NCBI GenBank assembly: GCA_964246185.1
Contig: CAXTPP010000001.1
Location: forward strand, 28,968 to 92,967
Origin: an uncultured Acetobacteraceae bacterium
GTDB taxonomy: Bacteria > Pseudomonadota > Alphaproteobacteria > Acetobacterales > Acetobacteraceae
Length of the DNA: 64,000 bases
Reading direction: 5' to 3'
The notes under the pieces: model-generated
Database searches by the model: none
Seen by the model: only the letters and a program-made list of their open reading frames with translations
What the model was told of the DNA's origin: nothing
Position numbers and translations under genes: made by a program
Shown here: positions 56,605 through 64,000 of the stretch, piece after piece
Numbering within the stretch: position 1 is the first letter of the stretch
How the letters are laid out: the number at the start of each line of letters is the position of its first letter

Positions 56605-57399
56605 TTAGCGAATCAGCCCCGTCAACGGGCTTGACGGGTCGGCCGCCATGCGGCGCGGCATTCGGCCGGCCAGGTGGGCCAGGCGGCCTGCCTCCACCCC
56701 GGCCTTCATGGCGCGCGCCATCAGCACCGGGTCGCCGGCATGGGCGATGGCGGAGTTCAGCAGCACGGCGTCGCAGCCCAGCTCCATCGCCAGCGCCGCG
56801 TCCGACGCGGTGCCGACGCCGGCATCCACCAGCACCGGGACGCCGGCCTGCTCGATCAGCATGGCCAGCATCGCCGGGTTCTGCAGCCCAAGGCCGGAGC
56901 CGATCGGCGCGCCCAGCGGCATGATGGCGACGCAGCCCATGTCCTCCAGGCGCTTGGCCGCGACCGGGTCGTCGGCGCAGTAGACCATCACCTCGAAGCC
57001 GTCGCCGATCAGCGCCGCCGCCGCCTCGAACGTCCCGGCCATGTCCGGGTACAGGTGCGGCGGCGGACCCAGCACCTCAAGCTTGACCAGGTTCCAGCCG
57101 CCGGCCTCGCGCGCCAGGCGCAGGGTGCGCACGGCCTCGTCCGCGGTGTGGCAGCCGGCGGTATTGGGCAGGTAGGTGATGCGCTTGGGGTCCACATGGT
57201 CCTGCAGCATAGGTGCGCCCGGGTCGGACAGGTTCACCCGGCGCACCGCGACCGTCACCATCTCGGCGCCGGAGGCCTCGATCGCGGCGGCGGTCTCCTC
57301 TAGGCTGCGGTACTTGCCGGTGCCGACCACCAGGCGGGAGCCGAAGCTCCGGCCGGCGACGGTCCAGCGGTCGGCCTGCGCCGCGATGATGGTGTGCAT
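56605..57399 (-). CDS. thiG: Thiazole synthase
   Basis: 264 aa: ...LLPNTAGC...VKLEV...[13 protein letters not shown]... Confidence 0.93.
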   Translation of the reverse strand: MHTIIAAQADRWTVAGRSFGSRLVVGTGKYRSLEETAAAIEASGAEMVTVAVRRVNLSDPGAPMLQDHVDPKRITYLPNTAGCHTADEAVRTLRLAREAGGWNLVKLEVLGPPPHLYPDMAGTFEAAAALIGDGFEVMVYCADDPVAAKRLEDMGCVAIMPLGAPIGSGLGLQNPAMLAMLIEQAGVPVLVDAGVGTASDAALAMELGCDAVLLNSAIAHAGDPVLMARAMKAGVEAGRLAHLAGRMPRRMAADPSSPLTGLIR

Positions 57400-57401
57400 G
57401 G

Positions 57402-57614
57402 TCAGCCGCCCCCTATGAAGTGCACGATCTCCAGCGCGTCCCCGCTGGCAAGCTCGGTCGCCTCGTAGCGCGACCGGGACACGATGGCCGCGTTCCGCTC
57501 CACCGCCACCTTGCGCAGGTCGAGCCCCAGCTGCTCCAGCAGGCCGGCCACCGTCACGGGAGCGGCGAGCCGCCGCGGCTCGCCGTTCAGCGTCAGTGTC
57601 AGCATCTCGGGCAT
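57402..57614 (-). CDS. thiS: Sulfur carrier protein ThiS
   Basis: 70 aa, ending ...VHFIGGG (C-terminal Gly-Gly). It lies 2 nt upstream of thiG. Confidence 0.85.
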   Translation of the reverse strand: MPEMLTLTLNGEPRRLAAPVTVAGLLEQLGLDLRKVAVERNAAIVSRSRYEATELASGDALEIVHFIGGG

Positions 57615-57697
57615 GGGCCGTTTATGGGGCCGCAGCGCGCCAGGCTCAACCCGGCATCATGCCATCGGATGGGGCATTGGACGGCAGCGGGGCGCGC

Positions 57698-58186
57698 ATG
57701 GTAGCGCGGGGGATGGCTGCATCTGTCCTGCCGGGTCCCCTGCCCCTGGTCGCCGTGCTCAACGGGCCGAACATGAACATGCTCGGCCTGCGCCAGCCGG
57801 AGCTGTACGGCGCGGACACGCTGGACGACGTGGAGGCGCTGTGCGCGGAAACGGCGGAAGGCCTTGGCCTGGCCATCGACTTCCGGCAGTCCAACCATGA
57901 GGGCGAGCTGGTGTCCTGGGTGCAGGAATTCCGTGGCCGCGCCGCCGGGATCGTCATCAACCCGGCCGGCTACACTACCACGTCCATCGCCCTGATGGAC
58001 GCGCTGCTGGCCAGCGAGCTGCCGGTGATCGAGGTGCACGTGACCAACATCCACCGCCGGGAGGAGTTCCGGCAGCATTCCTACGTCTCGCGCGCGGCGG
58101 TCGGCGTGGTCTGCGGCCTGGGCATCATCGGCTACGGCCTCGCGCTGACTGCCATGGCGAGTCTGCTTCAAGTGGATGCGGAATGA
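57698..58186 (+). CDS. aroQ: Type II 3-dehydroquinate dehydratase
   Basis: ...VAVLNGPNMNMLGLRQPELYG...FRQSNHEGELV...IVINPAGYTTTSIAL...IEVHVTNIHRREEFR... The start is ATG 57698 or 57713. Confidence 0.9.
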   Translation: MVARGMAASVLPGPLPLVAVLNGPNMNMLGLRQPELYGADTLDDVEALCAETAEGLGLAIDFRQSNHEGELVSWVQEFRGRAAGIVINPAGYTTTSIALMDALLASELPVIEVHVTNIHRREEFRQHSYVSRAAVGVVCGLGIIGYGLALTAMASLLQVDAE

Positions 58187-58629
58187 GCCGGCTGCCGATC
58201 GACACGGCGGAGATCCGCGCCCTGGCGGAGATCCTGGCCGACACGGGGCTGACCGAGATCGAGGTGTCGGACGGCGACAGCCGCATCCGCGTCGCGCGCG
58301 CGCCCGCCGCCGCCTTGCCGGTGGCGATGGCCGCCGCGCCGGCGCTGGCCGCGACGGTCGCCGCGCCAGCCGCCGTGGCGGACCCGGCGGACCATCCCGG
58401 CGCTGTCACCAGCCCCATGGTGGGCATCGCCTACCTGTCCGCCGAGCCTGGCACGCCGCCGTTCGTGACGCCGGGGCAGGCGGTGGCGGTGGGGCAGACG
58501 CTGCTGCTGATCGAGGCGATGAAGACCTTCAACCAGATCAAGGCCGTCCGTGCCGGCACCGTCACCCGCATCCTCGTCACCTCCGGCCAGCCGGTGGAGT
58601 ACGGCGAGGCGCTGGTCGTGGTGGAGTAG
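58183..58629 (+). CDS. accB: Acetyl-CoA carboxylase biotin carboxyl carrier protein
   Basis: 148 aa with an Ala/Pro linker and the biotinylation motif LIEAMKTFNQI. It overlaps the aroQ stop. Confidence 0.92.
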   Translation: MSRLPIDTAEIRALAEILADTGLTEIEVSDGDSRIRVARAPAAALPVAMAAAPALAATVAAPAAVADPADHPGAVTSPMVGIAYLSAEPGTPPFVTPGQAVAVGQTLLLIEAMKTFNQIKAVRAGTVTRILVTSGQPVEYGEALVVVE

Positions 58630-59993
58630 TGTTCGGCAAGGTGCTGATCGCCAACCGCGGCGAGATCGCGCTGCGCATCCAGCGGGCCTGCCGCGAGCAG
58701 GGCATCCCCACCGTCGCCGTGCATTCCACCGCCGACGCGCAGGCCATGCACGTCCGCCTGGCCGACGAGAGCGTGTGCATCGGGCCGCCGGCGGCGAAGG
58801 ACAGCTATCTCAACATCCCCGCCATCCTGACGGCGGCCAGCATCACGGGGGCGGACGCGATCCACCCGGGCTACGGGTTCCTGTCGGAGAACGCCGGGTT
58901 CGCGGAGATGGTGGAGGACCACGGCATCACCTTCATCGGCCCCTCCGCCGCGCACATCCGGATGATGGGAGACAAGATCACCGCCAAGGCCGCCATGGCC
59001 TCGCTCGGCGTGCCGCTGGTGCCTGGCAGCGACGGCGCCGTGACGGATCTGGCCGAAGCGGCCGCGGTGGCGGAGCACATCGGCTATCCCGTGCTGATCA
59101 AGGCCGCGGCCGGCGGCGGCGGGCGCGGCATGAAGGTGGCGCACGCGGCGGACGAGCTGGCCGAGGCCTGGCGGGTGGCGCGGGCGGAGGCGCGGGCGGC
59201 GTTCGGCAACGATTCCGTGTATATGGAAAAGTATTTGGACCGCCCGCGCCACATCGAGCTGCAGGTGCTGGCGGACGCGCACGGCGCCGTGGTGCACCTG
59301 GGCGAGCGGGACTGCTCCCTGCAGCGCCGCCACCAGAAACTGCTGGAGGAGGCCGGCTCCCCCGCGCTGACTGCCGAGGCGCGGGATGCGCTGGGCGCCA
59401 CGGTCACCGCCGGGCTGGCCAAGCTGGGCTACCGCAACGCCGGCACGCTGGAGTTCCTGTACCAGGACGGCCAGTTCGCCTTCATCGAGATGAACACCCG
59501 CCTGCAGGTCGAGCACCCAGTGACGGAGATGGTCACCGGCATCGACCTGGTGCGGGAGCAGCTGCGCGTGGCGTTCGGCGAGCCGCTCGGCTACGGCCAG
59601 GCCGACATAAGGTTCAGCGGCCACGCGATCGAGGTGCGGGTGACGGCGGAGGACCCGGAAACATTCATGCCGACGCCGGGCCGGGTGGACGTGTTCCACG
59701 CGCCGGGCGGGCTGGGGGTGCGGGTGGACTCGGCGCTGTATGCCGGCTGCGTGGTACCGCCGCACTATGACAGCATGGTCGCCAAGCTGATCGTCCACGC
59801 GCCGGACCGTCCCGCCTGCCTCGCCCGGCTGCGCCGCGCGCTGGAGGAGTTCGCGGTGGTCGGCATCAAGACCACGATCCCGCTGCACCAGCGCATCGCC
59901 GCCGACCCGGCGTTCAACGCGGGGGAATACGACATCCACTGGCTGGAACGCTTCGTCGCTTCTCCCCCTCCCTCGGGGAGAGGGCCGGGGTGA
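58629..59993 (+). CDS. accC: Acetyl-CoA carboxylase biotin carboxylase subunit
   Basis: The GTG shares 1 nt with the accB stop. VFGKVLIANRGEIALRIQRACRE... has the ATP-grasp fold. The last ~10 codons (SPPPSGRGPG) are encoded by the repeat element at 59971..60051. Confidence 0.92.
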   Translation: MFGKVLIANRGEIALRIQRACREQGIPTVAVHSTADAQAMHVRLADESVCIGPPAAKDSYLNIPAILTAASITGADAIHPGYGFLSENAGFAEMVEDHGITFIGPSAAHIRMMGDKITAKAAMASLGVPLVPGSDGAVTDLAEAAAVAEHIGYPVLIKAAAGGGGRGMKVAHAADELAEAWRVARAEARAAFGNDSVYMEKYLDRPRHIELQVLADAHGAVVHLGERDCSLQRRHQKLLEEAGSPALTAEARDALGATVTAGLAKLGYRNAGTLEFLYQDGQFAFIEMNTRLQVEHPVTEMVTGIDLVREQLRVAFGEPLGYGQADIRFSGHAIEVRVTAEDPETFMPTPGRVDVFHAPGGLGVRVDSALYAGCVVPPHYDSMVAKLIVHAPDRPACLARLRRALEEFAVVGIKTTIPLHQRIAADPAFNAGEYDIHWLERFVASPPPSGRGPG

Positions 59994-60051
59994 GGGGGGC
60001 GACGCGGCAGGTCCCGGATGGGTGGCTCCCCTCGCCCCACCCTCTCCCCGA
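59971..60051. repeat. REP-like inverted repeat (about 25-bp arms, ~30-nt loop) between convergent accC and the response regulator; probable bidirectional terminator
   Basis: Arm 1 is ctcggggagagggccggggtgagggg (59971-59996). The reverse complement of arm 2 is ctcggggagagggtggggcgagggg (60027-60051). The accC stop at 59991-59993 lies inside arm 1. Confidence 0.75.
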
Positions 60052-60064
60052 GAGAGATGGCCTG

Positions 60065-60781
60065 TCAGGAGACTGGCGGCACTCCTTGCGGGTCCAGGCG
60101 GTAGCCGCCGCCCTCCGTCACCAGCAGCCGCGCGTTGCCCGGGTCGGGTTCGATCTTCTGCCGCAGCCGATAGATGTGGGTCTCCAGGGTGTGCGTGGTG
60201 ACGGCGGCGTTGTAGCCCCACACCTCGTTCAGCAGCACTTGCCGCGCGACCGGCCTGGTGCCGGCGCGGTACAGGAATTTCAGGATCGCCGCCTCCTTCT
60301 CGGTCAGGCGGATACGGCGGTTCTTCACCGGCTCCTGCAGCAGCTTGGCGGATGGGCGGAAGGTGTACGGCCCGATGGTGAAGACCGCGTCCTCGCTGTT
60401 CTCGAAGATGCGCAGCTGGGCACGCAGCCGGGCCAGCAGCTCGGCCAGGCGGAACGGCTTGGCGATGTAGTCATTGGCGCCGGAGTCCAGGCCACGCACC
60501 ACGTCCGCCTCGTCGTCCGAGCCGGTCAGCATGATGATCGGCATCCGCATGCCTTGGCGGCGCAGGCTGGCGCACAGGTCGCGCCCATCCCCGTCAGGCA
60601 GGCCCACGTCCAGGATCACCGCGTCGAAGCGGGAATCCTTGGCCGTCACCTTACCCTCCGCCTCGCCGATGGTGCCGGCCTCTTCCGCCGAGAACTCCCC
60701 GTCGAATTGCAGTTGTTCCACAAGGGTCTCGCGGAGCGACAGGTCGTCGTCCACGATCAGGATAGGGCGCTCGCCCGCCAT
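60065..60781 (-). CDS. OmpR-family response regulator transcription factor (CenR-like by sequence pattern)
   Basis: 238 aa with a receiver domain (ILIVDDD...DAVILDVGLPDGDG...PIIMLTG...KPF) and a winged helix (...IRLTEKEAAILKFLYRAG...THTLETHIYRLRQKIE...GGYRL). No cognate kinase gene is adjacent. Confidence 0.88.
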   Translation of the reverse strand: MAGERPILIVDDDLSLRETLVEQLQFDGEFSAEEAGTIGEAEGKVTAKDSRFDAVILDVGLPDGDGRDLCASLRRQGMRMPIIMLTGSDDEADVVRGLDSGANDYIAKPFRLAELLARLRAQLRIFENSEDAVFTIGPYTFRPSAKLLQEPVKNRRIRLTEKEAAILKFLYRAGTRPVARQVLLNEVWGYNAAVTTHTLETHIYRLRQKIEPDPGNARLLVTEGGGYRLDPQGVPPVS

Positions 60782-60829
60782 CAGCGAAATCCTTCACTCG
60801 TTGTCGTCAATGCCACAGGCAGGAAAGGC

Positions 60830-60855
60830 CGCCCCGCCCAGTGCCGGGGCGTTTT
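60830..60855 (+). terminator. Orphan intrinsic-terminator-like hairpin (plus strand) in the response-regulator/ribA divergent region
   Basis: CGCCCCG-cccagtgc-CGGGGCG is followed by TTTT. No plus-strand gene ends upstream of it. Confidence 0.25.
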
Positions 60856-61057
60856 GCCCAGCCAACATTGCGTGACCATGTCCGGTTCGGCATCACAACG
60901 CGCTTACCTGCCCTGTAAGCGGCGCGGGACACAGCTCGATACCACACATTTCCGTGATATTATAGGCCGTGACAAGGTGCTGCAGACCATATCCAGGTCC
61001 GATGGTCGCCATTGCGCGGCCTTGTTCCAGAATTAACCACGCCAAAATCAATCATGG

Positions 61058-62143
61058 TTGAGCATGCCTGATCATCCTGCTGCCATTCTCACCTCCACGC
61101 AGCGGCTGCATGCCGTCGGGAGTGCCGTGGCCACCCTGCGGCAAGGCCTGCCGACAATCCTCGGCACGGCGGTCCCATTGGCTGTGGCCGCAGTCGAAAC
61201 CATGGACGAGACAGGCCGCGCAGCCTTGGCGCGGCTAACCGCGGGTCCGGCCACCCTGCTGTTGTCCCCATCGCGGGCCGCAGCTCTGCTGGCTGGAGCC
61301 TTGCCATCTGGGCCTTCAGCCGTGGCGTTCGAGGCGGACGGGATGAGCCTTGACGCCTTGCATGGGCTGGCAGACCCGACATTGAGCTTGATGGATCGGC
61401 CTTCCCCGTTCGCAGCCCTGCCGGATGGCGCGGAGGCGGCCCTTGCGCTGGCCGTGCTCGCCCGGCTGCTGCCGGCCATGCTGGTCGCCGCCGCCCCGGG
61501 CCGGATCGGGGTGACGCCGGGTGACGTGCTGCGCCACGCGGCCCTCAGCGCCGCCGCCGTGGTCAAGGTGAGCGAGGCCGCCGTTCCGCTGGAGGATATG
61601 GCCGATGCTCGCGTGGCGGCCTTCCGTGCGCCGGGGGCGGGCGCCGACCAGTACGCCATCCTGGTCGGGCGGCCGGAGGCGGCGGCGGCTCCCCTGGTCC
61701 GCATCCACTCGGAGTGCTTCACCGGCGATCTGCTGGGTAGCCTGCGCTGCGATTGCGGGCCGCAGTTGCGCGGCGCGATCCAGCGCATGGCGGCGGAGGG
61801 CGCGGGCGCGCTGCTGTACTTGGCGCAGGAGGGGCGCGGCATCGGCATGCCCAACAAGCTGCGCGCCTACGCCCTACAGGACCGCGGCCTGGACACGCTC
61901 GACGCCAACCGCGCGCTCGGCTTCGCGGCGGACGAGCGGGACTTCCTGGTCGCCGCCGCCATGCTGCGCCAGCTCGGGCTGACCCGCATCCGCCTGCTGA
62001 CCAACAACCCGGAAAAGCTCGCGTCCCTGGCTGCCCAAGGCATCGAGGTGGTTGGGCGGGAGAGCCTGCTGTTCGCGGCCAACGGCGTGAACGACCGCTA
62101 CCTGCAGACCAAGGCCACCCGGTTGGGCCACCTGCCGGAATGA
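61058..62143 (+). CDS. ribA: GTP cyclohydrolase II (long form with ~170-aa N-terminal extension)
   Basis: ...VRIHSECFTGDLLGSLRCDCGPQLRGAIQRMAAEGAGALLYLAQEGRGIGMPNKLRAYALQDRGLDTLDANRALGF... The start is TTG 61058 or ATG 61064. Confidence 0.88.
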   Translation: MSMPDHPAAILTSTQRLHAVGSAVATLRQGLPTILGTAVPLAVAAVETMDETGRAALARLTAGPATLLLSPSRAAALLAGALPSGPSAVAFEADGMSLDALHGLADPTLSLMDRPSPFAALPDGAEAALALAVLARLLPAMLVAAAPGRIGVTPGDVLRHAALSAAAVVKVSEAAVPLEDMADARVAAFRAPGAGADQYAILVGRPEAAAAPLVRIHSECFTGDLLGSLRCDCGPQLRGAIQRMAAEGAGALLYLAQEGRGIGMPNKLRAYALQDRGLDTLDANRALGFAADERDFLVAAAMLRQLGLTRIRLLTNNPEKLASLAAQGIEVVGRESLLFAANGVNDRYLQTKATRLGHLPE

Positions 62144-62147
62144 CCTG

Positions 62148-62651
62148 ATGGAAGCGACGGTCTTAGGCGGCTTCATCCGGCTCGATGCTGCGGAATGGCG
62201 CTGCTGCCTGGGGCGCGGCGGCGTGCGGCAGCGCAAGGAGGAGGGCGACGGCGCGACCCCTGCCGGACTATTGCCGCTGCGCCGCGTGCTGTTCCGCGCC
62301 GACCGTGGCGCGGCCCCCCGCGCCGCCGTGCCGATCGAACCCATCGGCCCCGCCGACGGCTGGTGCGACGACCCGGCCGACGCCTGTTACAACTGCCCGG
62401 TGCGAGCCCCCTACCCCGGCCGTTACGAAGCGCTCTGGCGCTCCGACGGCCTCTATGACGTGGTAGGCGTGCTAGGCTGGAACGATGCGCCGGTCGCGCG
62501 GGGCGCAGGCTCCGCCATCTTCCTTCACGTGGCCCAGCCGAACTACGCTCCCACCGAGGGGTGCATCGCGCTCGCCCTGCCGGATTTGCGCGCCATCCTG
62601 GCCGCCGGGCTTACCGCCGTGCGGGTAGCGGGTCCCGGCTCATCCCCTTGA
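62148..62651 (+). CDS. L,D-transpeptidase (YkuD-fold) family protein
   Basis: 167 aa with catalytic motif ...SAIFLHVAQPNYAPTEGCIAL... Confidence 0.75.
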   Translation: MEATVLGGFIRLDAAEWRCCLGRGGVRQRKEEGDGATPAGLLPLRRVLFRADRGAAPRAAVPIEPIGPADGWCDDPADACYNCPVRAPYPGRYEALWRSDGLYDVVGVLGWNDAPVARGAGSAIFLHVAQPNYAPTEGCIALALPDLRAILAAGLTAVRVAGPGSSP

Positions 62652-62985
62652 CCAGCAGCTCGGCCAGGTAGGCCTGCCAGCGCGCCTCCTGCTGCTCGCC
62701 GAGTTCCAGCAGGTAGGACCAGGTGAAGATCCCCGTGCCGTGGCCGTCGTCGAAGGTGATCCGGATGGCGTAATGCCCGATCGGCTCGACTGCGCTGATG
62801 CCGACGTCGCGTTTGCCGGGCACCGTCACCCGCTCGGCCGGCGAGTGGCCCTGCACTTCGGCGCTTGGGCTGAGCACCCGCAGGTACTCCGCAGGGTAGC
62901 TGAATTGCCGGTCGCCAGCGAAGTCCACCTCGAGGCGGCGGGAGGCACGGCGGACCCTGATCTCGGTGGGCGCCACGCCCGTCAT
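62611..62985 (-). CDS. DUF971 (gamma-butyrobetaine hydroxylase-like N-terminal domain) protein
   Basis: 124 aa: ...[30 protein letters not shown]...[27 protein letters not shown]... Confidence 0.8.
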   Translation of the reverse strand: MTGVAPTEIRVRRASRRLEVDFAGDRQFSYPAEYLRVLSPSAEVQGHSPAERVTVPGKRDVGISAVEPIGHYAIRITFDDGHGTGIFTWSYLLELGEQQEARWQAYLAELLVKGMSRDPLPARR

Positions 62986-63182
62986 TCCAAAATCCGGGCT
63001 TCGTCCGGCAGCATGATGGGAATGCCGTCCCGCACGGGATACGCCAGGCCGGCGGCGCTGCTGACCAGCTCGCCGGCTGCCCGGTCATACACGAGCGGCC
63101 CCTTGGTCACCGGGCACACCAGGATCTCCAGCAGGCGGGGGTCGATCTCGACCGGCGTCGGCGCTGGCTCGGCGTCGCTCAA
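62982..63182 (-). CDS. Trm112-family protein (UPF0434)
   Basis: 66 aa: ...[17 protein letters not shown]...[17 protein letters not shown]... Confidence 0.85.
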   Translation of the reverse strand: MSDAEPAPTPVEIDPRLLEILVCPVTKGPLVYDRAAGELVSSAAGLAYPVRDGIPIMLPDEARILE

Positions 63183-63853
63183 CTGAGCGGCCGCCCGTCG
63201 CCCTGCTGACCCGGATGGGCGCCCATCCGCAGCAGCGTCGTCAGCGTCGCGGCCCGTGCGAACGTGTCGTCCGCTTCCAGCAGCGCCTGCCGCTCCACCG
63301 GGTCGAACGGGCAGACCATGCTAAGCGTGGTGACCAGTTCGTTGTCCATCATCTCGTCGATGGCTTCCCAGTTGGCGTCGAAGCCGTTGGCGGTGAAGTA
63401 GGTGCGCAACGCCGTCAGCAGCTCTGTGCGCTGCGGCAGGTGGTCGGGCGGCGGGTCAAGGTCGGCGGTGAAGCGGGAGTACGCGGCTGTGACCCGGCGG
63501 TAGCCCCGGCGCATCTCCAGTTCCGCCGTCACGTCGAACCGGGTCACGCCGGACAGGGCGATGAGGTAGCGGCCGTCATCCGTCTCGCTGAAGGACGTGA
63601 GCCGCCCGACGCAGCCGACGCCGAACAGGCCGGGGGCGCTCTCCGCTGCCGGGATTGCGCCATCGGGCTGGATCATCCCGATCAGGCGGTGCTCGGCCAA
63701 GGCGTCCTCCACCATAGCCTTGTAGCGGGGCTCGAAGATGTTGAGCGGCAGCTTGCCATGGGGCAGCAGCAAGGCGCCCGCGAGCGGGAACACCGGCAGC
63801 GCCTTCGGCATCCCGCCCGGCATCCCGCCTGGCCCTGGGTGCGATCCGTCCAC
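63179..63853 (-). CDS. LON substrate-binding (N-terminal) domain protein
   Basis: ...[34 protein letters not shown]... The start (GTG 63853 or a downstream ATG) is uncertain. Confidence 0.8.
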   Translation of the reverse strand: MDGSHPGPGGMPGGMPKALPVFPLAGALLLPHGKLPLNIFEPRYKAMVEDALAEHRLIGMIQPDGAIPAAESAPGLFGVGCVGRLTSFSETDDGRYLIALSGVTRFDVTAELEMRRGYRRVTAAYSRFTADLDPPPDHLPQRTELLTALRTYFTANGFDANWEAIDEMMDNELVTTLSMVCPFDPVERQALLEADDTFARAATLTTLLRMGAHPGQQGDGRPLS

Positions 63854-63855
63854 GG

Positions 63856-64000
63856 TCAGCTGAACAGCATGGCGGACAGCTTGCGCCGCGCGGCCAGCGT
63901 CGCCGGATCGACGTGGCCCCAGGCTTCAAAGAGCTTGAGCAGCTGCAGGCGGGCGGCTCCCTCGTTCCAGCCGCGGTCTCGGCGCACGATGTCCAGCAGC
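63856..64000 (-). CDS. Thioredoxin/TPR co-chaperone YbbN (CnoX)-like protein, C-terminal 47 aa only
   Basis: Manual translation: ...LLDIVRRDRGWNEGAARLQLLKLFEAWGHVDPATLAARRKLSAMLFS*. This matches the characteristic C-terminus of this family. The rest lies outside the window. Confidence 0.6.
   Translation of the reverse strand, partial: LLDIVRRDRGWNEGAARLQLLKLFEAWGHVDPATLAARRKLSAMLFS

Noticed and set aside
57615-57697. TPP (THI-box) riboswitch upstream of thiS-thiG
   Set aside because: The spacer to divergent aroQ is only ~80-100 nt, and I found no CUGAGA / ACCUGAUCUGGAUAAUGCCAGCG-like core on the minus strand.
60474-60875. 133-aa plus-strand ORF that would end near the orphan terminator hairpin
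   Set aside because: It is entirely antisense to the well-supported response regulator, has an Ser/Arg/Pro-rich composition, and ends after rather than before the hairpin.

Overview
This is a very GC-rich, densely coding chromosomal segment. Its gene content suggests an alphaproteobacterium, possibly Rhodospirillales/Acetobacteraceae-like; that placement is inferred from PdhB carrying a lipoyl domain, DUF3035 after lspA, a NadQ-type NAD regulator and the aroQ-accB-accC order. Most of the window is housekeeping: pdhA-pdhB-pdhC-lpdA, nadQ/nadABC, the gcl-hyi-glxR-glycerate kinase pathway with an IclR regulator, argD-argF, recX, ileS-lspA, mutL, ornithine decarboxylase, thiS-thiG, aroQ-accB-accC, ribA and a Trm112/DUF971/LON-domain/YbbN block. 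Accessory content includes a CzcA/CzcB-type RND pump, an atypical AT-rich outer-membrane barrel gene and a PhnDCE-like ABC importer. It also includes an AI-2E transporter with a long C-terminal extension, an OprB porin, a dehalogenase/amine oxidase/SDR group and a large secreted tailspike-like beta-helix protein. Four decayed IS elements are present: a truncated IS5-like element, a frameshifted IS1-like element, a solo IS5-like terminus, and an internally deleted, frameshifted IS3-like element. I saw no rRNA, tRNA, CRISPR array or recognisable defence, toxin or secretion module, and I cannot honestly nominate a clear novel multi-gene system. The best leads are: (1) IS debris bracketing the PDH operon with a ~75-bp direct repeat; (2) the tailspike-like secreted repeat protein; (3) a REP-like ~25-bp-arm palindrome that supplies the 3' end of accC; (4) a long, possibly speF-type leader upstream of ornithine decarboxylase; (5) two NadQ-operator-like palindromes on the nadA promoter; and (6) several small translationally coupled or unlisted ORFs. 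Many long ORFs in the supplied track are antisense artefacts of the high GC content. The track also uses GTG/TTG starts, so several starts were re-picked by eye.
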